Shown here piece by piece: positions 49,980 to 61,467 of a stretch of DNA of 64,000 bases. The notes beneath the pieces were generated by a model that saw only the letters and a program-made list of their open reading frames with translations, did not search any database and had not been told where the DNA came from. Within the stretch, counting starts at the first letter, position 1. Every line of letters begins with the position of its first letter. The stretch lies in the NCBI GenBank assembly GCA_051013385.1, contig CP143273.1, positions 1,760,001-1,824,000 on the forward strand. Reading direction: 5' to 3'. The position numbers and the translations under genes are program-made. This stretch comes from Phormidium sp. Its GTDB lineage: Bacteria; Cyanobacteriota; Cyanobacteriia; Cyanobacteriales; Aerosakkonemataceae.

Positions 49980-51488
49980 ATGGCTAGAGATTTACGGGGA
50001 TTTATTAAACTACTGGAAGAACGGGGACAATTACGGCGAATTACCGCATTGGTTGACCCAGATTTGGAAATTGCCGAGATTTCTAACCAAATGCTACAAC
50101 GGGGTGGGCCTGCGTTACTATTTGAAAATGTTAAAGGTTCTCCTTTTCCGGTCGCGGTAAATTTAATGGGGACGGTGGAAAGGATTTGCTGGGCGATGAA
50201 TATGCAGCATCCTTTGGAGTTGGAAGATTTGGGGAAAAAGTTGGCGATGTTGCAACAACCAAAACCTCCGAAAAAGATCGCTCAGGCGGTAGAGTTTGGT
50301 AAAGTGTTGTTTGATGTGCTGAAAGCGAAACCAGGGCGGGATTTTTTCCCATCTTGTCAACAGGTGGTAATTCAAGGTGATGATTTAGATCTTAATCAAA
50401 TTCCGATGATTCGCCCTTATCCGGGTGATGCGGGGAAGATTATTACTTTGGGATTGGTGATTACTAAAGATTGCGAAACGGGAACACCAAATGTGGGGGT
50501 TTATCGCTTGCAATTGCAATCTCGCAACACTATGACTGTGCATTGGTTGTCTGTGCGAGGTGGGGCGAGACATTTACGGAAGGCGGCGCAACAGGGGAAG
50601 AAGCTGGAAATTGCGATCGCTCTAGGCGTAGATCCTCTCATTATTATGGCAGCTGCAACTCCAATTCCTGTAGATTTATCTGAGTGGTTATTTGCTGGAT
50701 TATACGGTGGTTCTGGTGTCCAGTTGGCGAAGTGTAAAACCGTAGATTTGGAAGTTCCCGCAGATTCGGAATTTGTTTTAGAAGGGACAATCACACCAGG
50801 GGAAGAGTTACCAGATGGCCCGTTTGGGGATCACATGGGATATTATGGCGGGGTGGAAGATTCGCCATTAGTTCGGTTCCAATGTGTGACGCATCGCAAA
50901 GATCCGATTTATTTGACGACTTTTAGTGGTCGTCCACCGAAGGAAGAAGCAATGATGGCGATCGCGCTTAATCGCATTTACACTCCAATTTTACGCCAAC
51001 AAGTCTCGGAAATTGTCGATTTCTTCCTCCCAATGGAAGCACTAAGTTACAAAGCAGCAATCATCTCCATTGATAAAGCATATCCCGGACAAGCAAGACG
51101 CGCCGCCCTAGCTTTTTGGAGTGCCTTACCTCAATTTACTTACACCAAGTTTGTCATTGTGGTGGATAAAAATATCAATGTCCGCGATCCCCGCCAAGTT
51201 GTTTGGGCAATTTGTTCTAAAGTAGACCCCACAAGAGATGTATTTATTCTGCCAAATACACCTTTTGACAGTTTAGACTTTGCTAGCGAAAAAATCGGTT
51301 TAGGTGGCAGAATGGGAATAGATGCAACTACCAAAATACCACCAGAAACCGAACACGAATGGGGCGCACCTTTGGAGTCCGATACCGACGTGGCGGCGAT
51401 GGTGGAAAGACGCTGGGCGGAGTATGGTTTAGCAGACTTGCAATTAGGAGAAGTCGATCCGAATTTGTTTGGTTATGATGTTAAATAG
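49980..51488 (+). CDS. ubiD: UbiD family decarboxylase
   Basis: NVGVYR, DGPFGDHMGYY, GIDAT. Confidence 0.92.
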   Translation: MARDLRGFIKLLEERGQLRRITALVDPDLEIAEISNQMLQRGGPALLFENVKGSPFPVAVNLMGTVERICWAMNMQHPLELEDLGKKLAMLQQPKPPKKIAQAVEFGKVLFDVLKAKPGRDFFPSCQQVVIQGDDLDLNQIPMIRPYPGDAGKIITLGLVITKDCETGTPNVGVYRLQLQSRNTMTVHWLSVRGGARHLRKAAQQGKKLEIAIALGVDPLIIMAAATPIPVDLSEWLFAGLYGGSGVQLAKCKTVDLEVPADSEFVLEGTITPGEELPDGPFGDHMGYYGGVEDSPLVRFQCVTHRKDPIYLTTFSGRPPKEEAMMAIALNRIYTPILRQQVSEIVDFFLPMEALSYKAAIISIDKAYPGQARRAALAFWSALPQFTYTKFVIVVDKNINVRDPRQVVWAICSKVDPTRDVFILPNTPFDSLDFASEKIGLGGRMGIDATTKIPPETEHEWGAPLESDTDVAAMVERRWAEYGLADLQLGEVDPNLFGYDVK

Positions 51489-51657
51489 ATAGCTTTATTT
51501 ACCCAAGTAATTGGGTGCAGGATACCGTTTCAAGAATTTCATAGTTGTCGGGTGGGTAGCTAGTCACTCCCACCCGGAGGGTATGTTTGGGAATGTTGAA
51601 AAACTGTTCTCAAGCAAAGCTATTTATCTTAATTCCACAACTTTAAATAGCTGACAA

Positions 51658-52068
51658 ATGATTACTCCCCAAGAAACACTTTACGATAAAGGCGGTATCC
51701 GAATTACTTCAACTCTACTGCGAAATGGAAATACATCCTATCGAATCCGCGATTTGCATCGTTTTACTAGAAGTGAAGAAAAGGTGATTGTTCAACAATC
51801 ACGAACTGACTTAGTAATTCTTGGTGTGCTGTTATTAATGTTTGGTCTTTTGTTGTTCCAACCTTTGGCACTTATCATAGGATTCATTATGATAATCCTT
51901 GGTTCAAATAGTAGTTTTGAGCAAGGGGAATATGTGCTAACTATTATTACGAATAAAAACCAAGAAGTTAGGATTGCCAAAACAAGTAAAGAAGAAATGA
52001 ACAAAATTCAAGAAGCTTTAGAAAGAGCAATTTATTATTCCGCACCTGGAAGGGAAGGTGCTAATTAA
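51658..52068 (+). CDS. DUF6232-like membrane protein
   Basis: N-terminal beta region, two TM helices, ALERAI end. Confidence 0.6.
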   Translation: MITPQETLYDKGGIRITSTLLRNGNTSYRIRDLHRFTRSEEKVIVQQSRTDLVILGVLLLMFGLLLFQPLALIIGFIMIILGSNSSFEQGEYVLTIITNKNQEVRIAKTSKEEMNKIQEALERAIYYSAPGREGAN

Positions 52069-52129
52069 CAAATTGAGTTTGAAGTTGAAAATGCACTATA
52101 CTTTTTGTAAAAGTTCCAATATACACGAG

Positions 52130-52329
52130 ATGTAATTCCTAATTTTCCCATTCCTTTAATGTCGGAAAATGAAGAACCTGTGTTAGATTTACAGAGTTTA
52201 TTGCATAATATTTATGATATTGCTAGTTATGATTTACAGATTAATTATAATCGGGAATGTGTGCCAGCTTTATCAGAAACAAATGCAGCTTGGGTTGATG
52301 GGTTATTGAAAGAGCAAGGATTACGATAA
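52130..52329 (+). pseudogene. C-terminal remnant of a DUF4058-like protein
   Basis: IPNFPIPL...EPVLDLQSLLHNIYD...AAWVDGLLKEQGLR* with no proper N-terminus. Confidence 0.55.
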
Positions 52330-52387
52330 AGAGCGAGTTAAAGCTAAACTAAGAGAAAGGATTGTTTTGTGTGGAGGCGCGATCGCT

Positions 52388-53080
52388 ATGTCTCTTGCCA
52401 AAGATATCGATTCATTGGAAAATGTAGCAGAAGAGATTGTCGTTCCACCTACAGATTTATGGAGTGACGAACTACCATTGGAAAGCGATCGCCATCGAGA
52501 ACAAATGGACTTTTTGATCAACTGCCTTAACTGGTGGTGGCGCGATCGTACTGATTTTTATGTTAGCGGTAATCTAACAATTTATTACAGTCCAGAGCAA
52601 ATTAAAACACAAGATTTTCGTGGGCCAGATTTTTTTGTGGTGTTGGGAACGGAACGCCGCCCCCGCAAAAGTTGGGTAGTTTGGGGAGAAAATGGCAGAT
52701 ATCCGAATTTGATAATTGAGCTTCTTTCACCAAGTACCGCAGCGATCGATCGAGGTTTGAAGAAACAGATTTATCAAGATATTTTTCGCACACCAGACTA
52801 TTTTCTCTTCGATCCTGAAACATTAGAGTTAGCTGGATTTCATTTGCTTGATGGTCAATATCAAGAGTTAATCGCCAATGAAAAAGGGTGGTTATGGAGT
52901 CAGCAATTAGAGTTATATTTGGGTATTCACCAAGGAAAGTTGCGGTTTTTTACTAATGATGAACAATTGGTTTTAACAGAAGGAGAAGATGAACGGCGAC
53001 AAAAAGAATTAGCGGAACACAAAGCAGAAAGATTGGCGGCGAAGTTGCGAGAATTGGGTGTCGATCCTGATGCTTTGTAG
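52388..53080 (+). CDS. Uma2 family endonuclease
   Basis: PDFFVV, PNLIIELLSPST, DRGLKKQIY. Confidence 0.9.
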   Translation: MSLAKDIDSLENVAEEIVVPPTDLWSDELPLESDRHREQMDFLINCLNWWWRDRTDFYVSGNLTIYYSPEQIKTQDFRGPDFFVVLGTERRPRKSWVVWGENGRYPNLIIELLSPSTAAIDRGLKKQIYQDIFRTPDYFLFDPETLELAGFHLLDGQYQELIANEKGWLWSQQLELYLGIHQGKLRFFTNDEQLVLTEGEDERRQKELAEHKAERLAAKLRELGVDPDAL

Positions 53081-53289
53081 TAATATCAAGAATTAATTAA
53101 CTATAGTGGGTTAAGTTTAGGTTATCTGGGAGTAAAATTGCAACAACAAGTAAAATATTGCAATAAATTATTAGTTATGGTTAATTACTTTTAATAATTA
53201 TAAAAATTTTGACATATAAGGGATAATACGGATGTCTGGTAAGTAGTTATGCTGATAAAGTAGATTGTGGAAGATTTGGCAAACTAAAT

Positions 53290-55953
53290 ATGAAGTGCAT
53301 TAACCTACTGCAATCTCTAGTAAGTAGTATGATCAACACAGTTAAAAAAATCGCTGCTCTATGTACTAGAAGAATATACAGATTAGTACTTTCCGTTTTT
53401 TTAGCCTTGATTGCGAGTACACTATGGATCGTTATTCCTGGTGCAGAATCATTAGTTTATGCAAAAGCCTTAGCTGCAAACCCGACTTCCTTTAACTTTA
53501 AAATCGACTTGAAAGGAATTGATTTAGCTCCCCAACTCAAACTTTTCTCCGAAGGTTCTGTTTTTAGTCTGAAAGATAATAAATTCGCTATTAATGATAA
53601 TAGCCAGACAATAAATATAGAGAAAACATCTTATGTTAGCAATAAAAATTCATTGTTTGATTTAAATTTTAATTTCATGTCTAATAATAGAGAAGAATTC
53701 TATCTGTTCAAAATAGTTAATTCTTCTCAAAAGCCTACTTTAGCAGAAGAGTATTATAAAGAGGGTGTAGAGAAATCTAAGAAAGGAGAATACAACGAAG
53801 CTATAAGAAAGTATACCGAGGCTTTAAAAGTAAACAATTTTGCTGAAGCTTATGTTAGTAGAGGACGAGCATATTCTGAACTGGGAGAACAGCAAAAAGC
53901 TCTTGCAGATTACAATAAGGCGCTACAAGTTAAGCCAAAGTTTGCTGAAGATCCTGATATATATGTTGAGCCTTTGCTAGGAAGAGGTACAGTTTATTTA
54001 AAATTGGGTAAATCTCAAGAAGCTTTAGCTGACTTTGACTCAGCTATACAACGTAATCGTGATTATTATGACATTTATTTATCAAGAGCAGGTGTTTATA
54101 CAAGCCTGGGAGATTCAGAAAAAGCGATGAAAGATTTAAATAAGGCATTAGATCTTTCTCGTGGATATGCTCCTGCGTTAGTTATGCGTGGTTCTATTAA
54201 AGGCGAATTAGGATTGTATAAAGAAGCAATTAATGATTTAGGACAAGTAATTAATAGCAAAGGAGAAGATGCAAATGCTTATGCTGCTAAGGCATATTCT
54301 AATAGAGGTCTAGCTTACCTTAATTTGGGTGAAGCGCAGAAAGCATCTGATGATTTTTCACAGGCTATCAAGCTTGAACCCAATAATGCTAAAATTTATT
54401 ACATACGTGGTATTGCTCAGACTATTCTTGGACAATCTAAGAAAGACAAAGCAAGTACCAAGAAGGCAATTGATGATTTTAATCAAGTAATCAAACTTGA
54501 GCCTGAGAATTGGCAAGCTTATTACCTTCGTGGTATTGCTTATTTAAGTCAAGGAGATGGTGAGAAGGCGATCGCAGATTTTCAAGCAGTACTTGACAAC
54601 AACCCGAAATATTCAGAAGCTTATTTTAATCAAGGAGATGCTTATCTAACTATTGGTGATTACCAAGAAGCATACAAAGATTTCAATCAAGCAATTCAAC
54701 TAAATTCTACTTCTTTTGCTAACTACCTGGAGAGGAGTAAAGCCAATTATTTCTTAGGCAAATATTCAGAAGCAACTAAGGATATCGACCAAGGACTTTT
54801 GCTCAAACCTAATGCTCATGACTCTGCTGAAGGTTATTTCTGGAAAGGTAACTCATACTATGGCTTACATGACTATTCACAAGCTATTCAAAATTACGAT
54901 CAAGTAGTTAAATTGGACTCCAATTATCCAGAAGCATACTTGTGGCGAGGTAAAGCTTTTTACAATCAAAAACTGTACCAAAAAGGAATTGAGGATTTCA
55001 AAAAAGCTATTCAACTTAAGCCTGAGTACAAACAGGAAGTTGATGCTTTTATTCAACAAGAAGTCTTTCCTCTAGCTTACACACTAACTGGGCATTCTGG
55101 ATTCAGTGCTGCTGTTCGTTCAGTGGCTATTAGCCCAGATGAAAAAACTCTAGCCAGTGGTAGCGATGATAAAACAATTAAAATATGGAATCTCAATGTA
55201 GGTAAGGAATTAAGAACTCTTACTGGACACTCACAAGCAGTTCGTACTGTATTTTTTAGCCCGGATAACAAGCTTCTTGCTAGTGGTAGTGATGACAAAA
55301 CTGTGAAATTGTGGAATGTTAGTACAGGAAAAGAAGTTCGCACTTTTTCCGGGCATTTAAAACCTGTTAATGCTATTGTTATTAGTCCTAATGGGCAAAT
55401 ACTTGCTAGTGGAAGTGATGACCAAACTATTAAGTTATGGAATGTAAATACTGGGCAAGAAATTAGCACTCTTAGTGGACATTCAGCCCCCGTTAAATCA
55501 CTAAGTTTTAGTCCTGACGGATACACTCTTGCTAGTGCTAGTTCTGACAAAACTATCAAATTATGGGATGTAGCAAATCAGAAAGAAATCCGCACTATCA
55601 ATGCTCATTCTGACTGCGTTCGTGATGTTAATTTCAGTCGAGACGCTAAATTTATAGTTAGTGCTAGCGATGATAAAAGTATTAAAGTGTGGGATTGGAA
55701 AACTGGAAAATTAGTTAAAAATCTCGCGAATCATTCTAATAAAGTAACAACGGCGACTATTGGTAGCGATCGCCTTCTCGCTAGTGGTAGTGATGATAAA
55801 ACAATCAAACTTTGGGACTGGCAAATTGGAGAAGAAATTGCCACTCTTCCCGGACATTCTTCATATATTCAGTCAATTGTATTTAGTCCAGATGGCAAAA
55901 CTCTCGCTAGCGGCAGCGATGACAAAACCGTAAAAGTTTGGCGAATACCCTAA
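53290..55953 (+). CDS. TPR plus WD40 repeat protein
   Basis: Numerous TPRs followed by seven GH...SDDKTIKLW repeats. Confidence 0.92.
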   Translation: MKCINLLQSLVSSMINTVKKIAALCTRRIYRLVLSVFLALIASTLWIVIPGAESLVYAKALAANPTSFNFKIDLKGIDLAPQLKLFSEGSVFSLKDNKFAINDNSQTINIEKTSYVSNKNSLFDLNFNFMSNNREEFYLFKIVNSSQKPTLAEEYYKEGVEKSKKGEYNEAIRKYTEALKVNNFAEAYVSRGRAYSELGEQQKALADYNKALQVKPKFAEDPDIYVEPLLGRGTVYLKLGKSQEALADFDSAIQRNRDYYDIYLSRAGVYTSLGDSEKAMKDLNKALDLSRGYAPALVMRGSIKGELGLYKEAINDLGQVINSKGEDANAYAAKAYSNRGLAYLNLGEAQKASDDFSQAIKLEPNNAKIYYIRGIAQTILGQSKKDKASTKKAIDDFNQVIKLEPENWQAYYLRGIAYLSQGDGEKAIADFQAVLDNNPKYSEAYFNQGDAYLTIGDYQEAYKDFNQAIQLNSTSFANYLERSKANYFLGKYSEATKDIDQGLLLKPNAHDSAEGYFWKGNSYYGLHDYSQAIQNYDQVVKLDSNYPEAYLWRGKAFYNQKLYQKGIEDFKKAIQLKPEYKQEVDAFIQQEVFPLAYTLTGHSGFSAAVRSVAISPDEKTLASGSDDKTIKIWNLNVGKELRTLTGHSQAVRTVFFSPDNKLLASGSDDKTVKLWNVSTGKEVRTFSGHLKPVNAIVISPNGQILASGSDDQTIKLWNVNTGQEISTLSGHSAPVKSLSFSPDGYTLASASSDKTIKLWDVANQKEIRTINAHSDCVRDVNFSRDAKFIVSASDDKSIKVWDWKTGKLVKNLANHSNKVTTATIGSDRLLASGSDDKTIKLWDWQIGEEIATLPGHSSYIQSIVFSPDGKTLASGSDDKTVKVWRIP

Positions 55954-56001
55954 TTCTCCTCCCCCTCCTCGCGTGCGGGGAGGGGGTCGGGGGGTGGGGT
56001 T

Positions 56002-56433
56002 TTATCTTTGCAACTCACCCGCAATCTTTTCCAACACCCCATCTATCGAATTCAACACCTCTTCATTCCTAAACCTAATCACTCGAAATCCCAAACTCTC
56101 TAAAAATTCCTGACGTATAGCATCCTCCATTTGCGTATATTCATGAATTGAACCATCAACTTCAATAATTAAATTTGCTTGCCCACAATAAAAATCTACA
56201 ATAAAGCGATCGATCGAATGTTGACGACGAAATTTAAATCCTAATAACTGTTTATTTCGCAATTTCTGCCACAGTTTTTCCTCTGCTGGGGTAGGTTCGC
56301 AGCGCATTTGTCGCCCCAGTGGTTTAAGTTTTTGCCAAAGTTCTGGAGTGGTGTGCCAAGGAACCCCACCCCCTAACCCCCTCCCCGCACGCGAGGAGGG
56401 GGGACTGGAAGAAGATGTATCTTTGTTGGTCAT
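56002..56433 (-). CDS. DUF559 (Vsr-like) endonuclease
   Basis: TPAEEKLW, FRRQH, IVDF, IEVDG. Confidence 0.88.
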   Translation of the reverse strand: MTNKDTSSSSPPSSRAGRGLGGGVPWHTTPELWQKLKPLGRQMRCEPTPAEEKLWQKLRNKQLLGFKFRRQHSIDRFIVDFYCGQANLIIEVDGSIHEYTQMEDAIRQEFLESLGFRVIRFRNEEVLNSIDGVLEKIAGELQR

Positions 56434-56479
56434 TTGATATTATTAGAAAAATCTTATTTTTATTTTCGCTGATTTTTAC

Positions 56480-56680
56480 ATTCCGATCGCATTCTAAATT
56501 GATCCGAGTATAGAAACCTTCGTTGAGATCAATTTGAAATTGCTCAGTGATTTGTCTTGCTTGCTGTTCTGATATTTCTCCCATCCGCACTCGGCGGGAT
56601 AATGCAGAAAACAGTTCTACTTCAACTAGCTGACTCAATGCTGGTTGTTCTTCTATGACAGTGCGATCGCTTTTCCCCAT
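56480..56680 (-). pseudogene. PIN-domain toxin fragment
   Basis: LSQLVEVELFSALSRRVRMGEI; lacks the N-terminal D motif and the C-terminal half. Confidence 0.5.
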
Positions 56681-56855
56681 CGATTAGCTTTAAATTGAGA
56701 AGTGCGATCGCCTCTAACAGCCCTACTTTTGTGTATATTCCCTAAGTCTTATGTAATCCTACTTAATCCATTTGACACAAACCCTTGGTATGACGCATTA
56801 TCTTTACTAAATGTGGCAATTTATTAAATAAAGGGACTTAGGAGCACCAGAATAG

Positions 56856-57194
56856 ATGTATCAACCAGAGGAATCAGAATCAAAAAAGACTGAAAAAACT
56901 ACTGATATCCGAGTTGCTGCTACTACAATAATTTGGTCTTTTGCTACGGGAATGTTTGCTTTATGGATGATTTTTTCACCAGAAAAAACTAATGTTACTG
57001 TACCAGTTATACTTGCTTCTAGCGCGGCAGCAGGGACAGCTTTTGTGTGGATCTCTGATGAAAAATCCTCAGAATCAGTAGAAGAATATCAAAGAGAAAA
57101 AATTGAAAGACGACTGGATAAGCTAGAAACAATTGCTGCTGCTGAAGATTTTGAAATGTGGTTAAAAACCAAATATATAGCATCAAGAAATTAG
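56856..57194 (+). CDS. Small two-TM hypothetical protein
   Basis: IWSFATGM...RLDKLETI. Confidence 0.7.
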   Translation: MYQPEESESKKTEKTTDIRVAATTIIWSFATGMFALWMIFSPEKTNVTVPVILASSAAAGTAFVWISDEKSSESVEEYQREKIERRLDKLETIAAAEDFEMWLKTKYIASRN

Positions 57195-57271
57195 AACTAA
57201 AAAAATGTACGTTGTTGCGCTTCAGCGCTAATAAGAGCGCTAAAGCGCAACAACGTACCTGTACTTGTTAA

Positions 57272-58093
57272 TTAACTAGAGATTCCCGCCTCTCGGAATC
57301 GTCGGTAACGTTTAGGTTTGTTTTCAGGTAAAGGTGCAGCCATGAGTAAAACTCTATCTACTAGCCAAGGGGCAATTTTTTGACCCAAAACTGCTAAATG
57401 ACTTTGCCATCCGATTAAAATTTCTGAGCGTTCTTTTTGCAATCCAGTAATTAGCGATCGGGCAACTTTTTCGGTAGTTGTTGGTTGTACCCATTTAAAC
57501 CGTTGCAATTCTTTTACCATGTCGGTATCTGTTAAAGAAGGTAGCAACGCTACTACTCGAATATTGTGTGGTGCTAATTCGCCTCGCAAAGCTTGGGTAA
57601 ATCCTAAAATGGCAAACTTGGTAGCAGAATAAGTCGCCATTGTCGGTGCAGCAATCTTACCCATTAAGCTAGAAACATTGACAATTGTACCTTCTTTTTG
57701 TGCCACCATGCGTCGCGCAATGATCCGCGTCATGGCATACATTCCCATCAAGTTAATCGCGATTTCTTGCTGAACATTTGGCAAAGGAGACTTCAAGAAA
57801 GGTGATTGATGTGCAACTCCAGCACAGTTAATTAAAAGATGAATTGGGCCATAATCTCGCCAAGCTTGAGCGATCGCAATATTCACCTTCACTAACTGCG
57901 ATAAATCCAAAGGTAGGGTGACAACTTCTACCCCTAAAAGCTCAATTTCTGCCGCAACTTCGGCTAAACGTTGGCGATCTCTAGCTACTAATAACAAGCG
58001 TTTTACACCATTTTGTGCTAGTTCCAGTGCGATCGCACGACCAATTCCACGAGAAGCTCCAGTAACTAGAGCCGTTTTTCCTTGAATGTTCAT
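57272..58093 (-). CDS. SDR family oxidoreductase
   Basis: TGASRGIG, NCAG, YSATK. Confidence 0.92.
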   Translation of the reverse strand: MNIQGKTALVTGASRGIGRAIALELAQNGVKRLLLVARDRQRLAEVAAEIELLGVEVVTLPLDLSQLVKVNIAIAQAWRDYGPIHLLINCAGVAHQSPFLKSPLPNVQQEIAINLMGMYAMTRIIARRMVAQKEGTIVNVSSLMGKIAAPTMATYSATKFAILGFTQALRGELAPHNIRVVALLPSLTDTDMVKELQRFKWVQPTTTEKVARSLITGLQKERSEILIGWQSHLAVLGQKIAPWLVDRVLLMAAPLPENKPKRYRRFREAGISS

Positions 58094-58701
58094 AAAAACC
58101 TCCAGAGTAGGAGTCTCACACCACTTTTAGTCACCGAGTTTGAACATTTTTGCTAATAAAATCTCGGTAGGGAATGAGACAAAAATCACTCATAATCAAC
58201 TTGAAAAACTCAAGACATTTCTCAGAAACATTGCAGGGAACCTCATTTTCGGAAATTTAATCTGAGATCTGCCTTGAAGTTGGAATCAGAAAAGTTTTTT
58301 TGATAGAAACTACCCAAAGTAACCGAGTCAAGTGCCAAAATTATTAGTCATAGACAGAGTTCAACCAACAACAAAGATGTTTCTCCTCCGCCTAGTGGTA
58401 AACGTGGAGCCGTCAGAAAAACATCTTCAGGCAATTCTGGAATCACTCACAATGTAGAGCATGGGTAGTACATCTCCTAAAGTACGAGCATCTGCCGAAT
58501 TCGGGCATAAGCACAGGTTAGCAACTAAATCAAGAAATTGCAATATTTTTTTATGAAAATTCTGTGACGTTTATGTGACAAAAATGAGAAACAGAGGATT
58601 TGTGAGTGAAAACGCCCTCCTACTGAGGCTTATAGCAACTGAGAAGCTAAAAGTAGTATCATTTGTAAACAAGTTAAAAATAATTTGCCGGACAAAATTA
58701 G

Positions 58702-59637
58702 ATGCCTAAAGACAGATTCTACTGGTATAAATCAGCTATTCAACTGCGAGGTTCAGTTGTGCCAAATGTTTTACCACGCGCTATATTTTGCGGTTTAGTA
58801 GGTGTGGTGATTTCAATAATGTACTATTTTGGCTGGGCGGTATCTTTGCCTACTTTGGCTAGCTTGATCCCAAATGTTGTATTGGGTTTACTATTAGTTT
58901 TTCGGACTAACACAGCTTACGAAAGATTTTGGGAAGGACGCAAGCTCTGGGGAATCATTACTAATAATACCCGTAATCTAGCTCGACAAATTTGGGTTTC
59001 AGTAGAAGAAAAAGAACCACAAGATAGAGATAACAAAATCGCAACATTAAGACTTTTAGTTGCTTTTGCTGTTGCTACTAAATTACACTTACGAGGCGAG
59101 TCTGTTAATGAAGAATTAGAAGGAATAACAACGAAAAATCAATATGATAAACTTAAAGAAATGAACCACCCTCCCTTAGAGGTGGCTTTTTGGATTTCAG
59201 ATTATTTGCAACAACAATATGAACGTAATTGTTTGAATAGCTACCAGTTAACAGCATTGCAGGAATTGATTAATAGCTTAGTAGATTGTTTAGGAGGTTG
59301 TGAACGCATTTTAAGAACACCAATTCCCTTAGCCTATGCTATTCATTTGAAGCAGCTTTTGCTACTTTATTGCCTATCATTACCATTTCAGGTAGTTAAA
59401 GATTTCGGTTTTTTTAGCGGAATAATTGTCTTAATAATTAGCTTTACATTATTAGGTATCGAACAAATAGGCGTAGAAATTGAAGATCCTTTTGGTAACG
59501 ATCCCAACGACTTACCTCTGGATACAATTTGTGCTAATATGCGCCGCAATATCGAAGATTTAATTAGCTTGGCTCCCTATGTTAGAGATGGGCAAAGTGA
59601 TAAAATTTCCGCAGTGCCAAGGCAGGTAGAGAGTTAG
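58702..59637 (+). CDS. Bestrophin family channel
   Basis: FRTNTAYERFWEGR, EDPFGND. Confidence 0.92.
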   Translation: MPKDRFYWYKSAIQLRGSVVPNVLPRAIFCGLVGVVISIMYYFGWAVSLPTLASLIPNVVLGLLLVFRTNTAYERFWEGRKLWGIITNNTRNLARQIWVSVEEKEPQDRDNKIATLRLLVAFAVATKLHLRGESVNEELEGITTKNQYDKLKEMNHPPLEVAFWISDYLQQQYERNCLNSYQLTALQELINSLVDCLGGCERILRTPIPLAYAIHLKQLLLLYCLSLPFQVVKDFGFFSGIIVLIISFTLLGIEQIGVEIEDPFGNDPNDLPLDTICANMRRNIEDLISLAPYVRDGQSDKISAVPRQVES

Positions 59638-59663
59638 TCAATGACATTAGCTTAAGTAAAAAA

Positions 59664-61409
59664 ATGGACTGGACTACACCACTAAAATTCCTCCAAAATG
59701 ACTTTATTCAACGTCTAAAAAAGCAAAAAGTTGTGCCACATTCCCTGCTGGAAGCAAAAATTCGCGGTTGTCATAGTGAAATGATTACTATTAGCGAAGA
59801 ACAGCTTGAAGAAATCAAAAAATTGTGCCAACATCAAGCAGAAAGACTAGGGCAAAACCCGCCGGAAATTCCCAATAAATATAACTTTTGGCTAGAATTT
59901 CAGGAACACTTCCAGCAGGAAGCTTATGAATATTTACTGCGGGAACAATTGGTTGATGCAAGTCTTAACTACTGTTTAGGAACTCAAGTTAAAAAACTGG
60001 AAATTGCTCCCATTGAGAATATAGAATTAGATGCTGAAGGAAACTTGGTTAACGAAAGTAAATTTACTTATATACTAACTGATATACCAAGCGTAAAAAT
60101 ACAGGTTAATGTTTGCGATCGCCAAAGTTTAACTAGCCTCAAAAAAGATAAAGTGCGCTGGTGTGTTACCCCAGACGACCTAAAAAATCACCAAGTCTTA
60201 TTATTTATGTGTTTACTGGGGTTTCCTGACTCCCCCACAGTAGCAGAAATTCCAACTATTTTTACAGGTTTTATTCCCACAAACCAAATTACATTCACTG
60301 GGCCGAAAACATATCTGAAATTAACTGACCTACTCTACACAGGAGGAATAGGTTGTTATTTGGCATCTTTTCAGAAAGCAAATATAGCGATCGCAGAACA
60401 AATTATCATCTCAGAAAATCTGCAAAACTTACCTGATGATTATTCTTTATCTCAAGAAGTGGCAGGTTGGAAATCTGCTTACACCCTGACAGGACACCAT
60501 AACGGAATTAATAGTTTAGCTATCAACTTAACAGGGGAAATTTTAGCTAGTGGCAGTCGCGGAGAAATTCGCCTTTGGGATTTGACAACTGGACAATTAA
60601 TTAGCACCCTTTCCGAATATCCTTGGGTGAAAACTTGGGAAATAGATGAAATTAACGCCTTAGTTTTTAGCCCAGACGATCGGACTCTGATTAGTGGTGG
60701 TACAGACACAACCTTAAAAATTTGGCATCCCGGCGCTCAAGATTTAATTGATATTTTGGAACAGCATACTGGTGTAGTTCGTTGTTTAAGTTTTAGTGCT
60801 AACGGACAAATTTTAGCTAGTGGTGCAGACGATCGCAAAATTCATTTATGGAACCGTCGCCAGCGAGAAGCATCAGGTACTATTTCTTGGGGTGATGGAG
60901 TTCCCCATTCCCTTACTTTTAGTGACGATGGACTTTTTCTTGCCAGTGGTAGTTACCGCAAAATTAAAATTTGGTATTTGCAAGATGAAACAGGATCGGA
61001 ATCTCCCAATGCTAAATTACTGCATACTTTAACAGCCCATTCTCACATTGTTACCGGATTAATCTTTTGCCCGGATAATCAAACTTTAATTAGTAGCAGT
61101 CGCGACGGCACCATTAAAGTTTGGCACTGGAAAACCGGGAAACTAATTCACACAATTAAAGAAGATACAGGTGCCATTTATGCGATCGCCCTAGACCCCA
61201 AAGAAGGAATCATCGCCAGCGGGAACGAAGACAACACCCTCCGCCTCTGGCATCTCACTTCAGGAAAACTCCTTGGCACTTTCACAGGTCACACCCTACC
61301 CGTAAACGCCGTCGCCTTCTCCCCCGACGGAAAAACCCTCGTCAGCGCCAGCCAAGATAAAACCATTAAAGTCTGGCAAAAAAAACAAAATAAGGGGTTG
61401 ACAGCTTAA
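59664..61409 (+). CDS. WD40 repeat protein
   Basis: Seven C-terminal WD repeats. Confidence 0.88.
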   Translation: MDWTTPLKFLQNDFIQRLKKQKVVPHSLLEAKIRGCHSEMITISEEQLEEIKKLCQHQAERLGQNPPEIPNKYNFWLEFQEHFQQEAYEYLLREQLVDASLNYCLGTQVKKLEIAPIENIELDAEGNLVNESKFTYILTDIPSVKIQVNVCDRQSLTSLKKDKVRWCVTPDDLKNHQVLLFMCLLGFPDSPTVAEIPTIFTGFIPTNQITFTGPKTYLKLTDLLYTGGIGCYLASFQKANIAIAEQIIISENLQNLPDDYSLSQEVAGWKSAYTLTGHHNGINSLAINLTGEILASGSRGEIRLWDLTTGQLISTLSEYPWVKTWEIDEINALVFSPDDRTLISGGTDTTLKIWHPGAQDLIDILEQHTGVVRCLSFSANGQILASGADDRKIHLWNRRQREASGTISWGDGVPHSLTFSDDGLFLASGSYRKIKIWYLQDETGSESPNAKLLHTLTAHSHIVTGLIFCPDNQTLISSSRDGTIKVWHWKTGKLIHTIKEDTGAIYAIALDPKEGIIASGNEDNTLRLWHLTSGKLLGTFTGHTLPVNAVAFSPDGKTLVSASQDKTIKVWQKKQNKGLTA

Positions 61410-61426
61410 GGGAAAATGGATATTAT
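61398..61426 (+). promoter_or_regulatory. Promoter of housekeeping tRNA-Glu
   Basis: TTGACA, 17 nt, TATTAT. Confidence 0.7.
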
Positions 61427-61467
61427 TATAAAAGTGTGAACGACTGGTGCGGACACAAAAGCGATAC

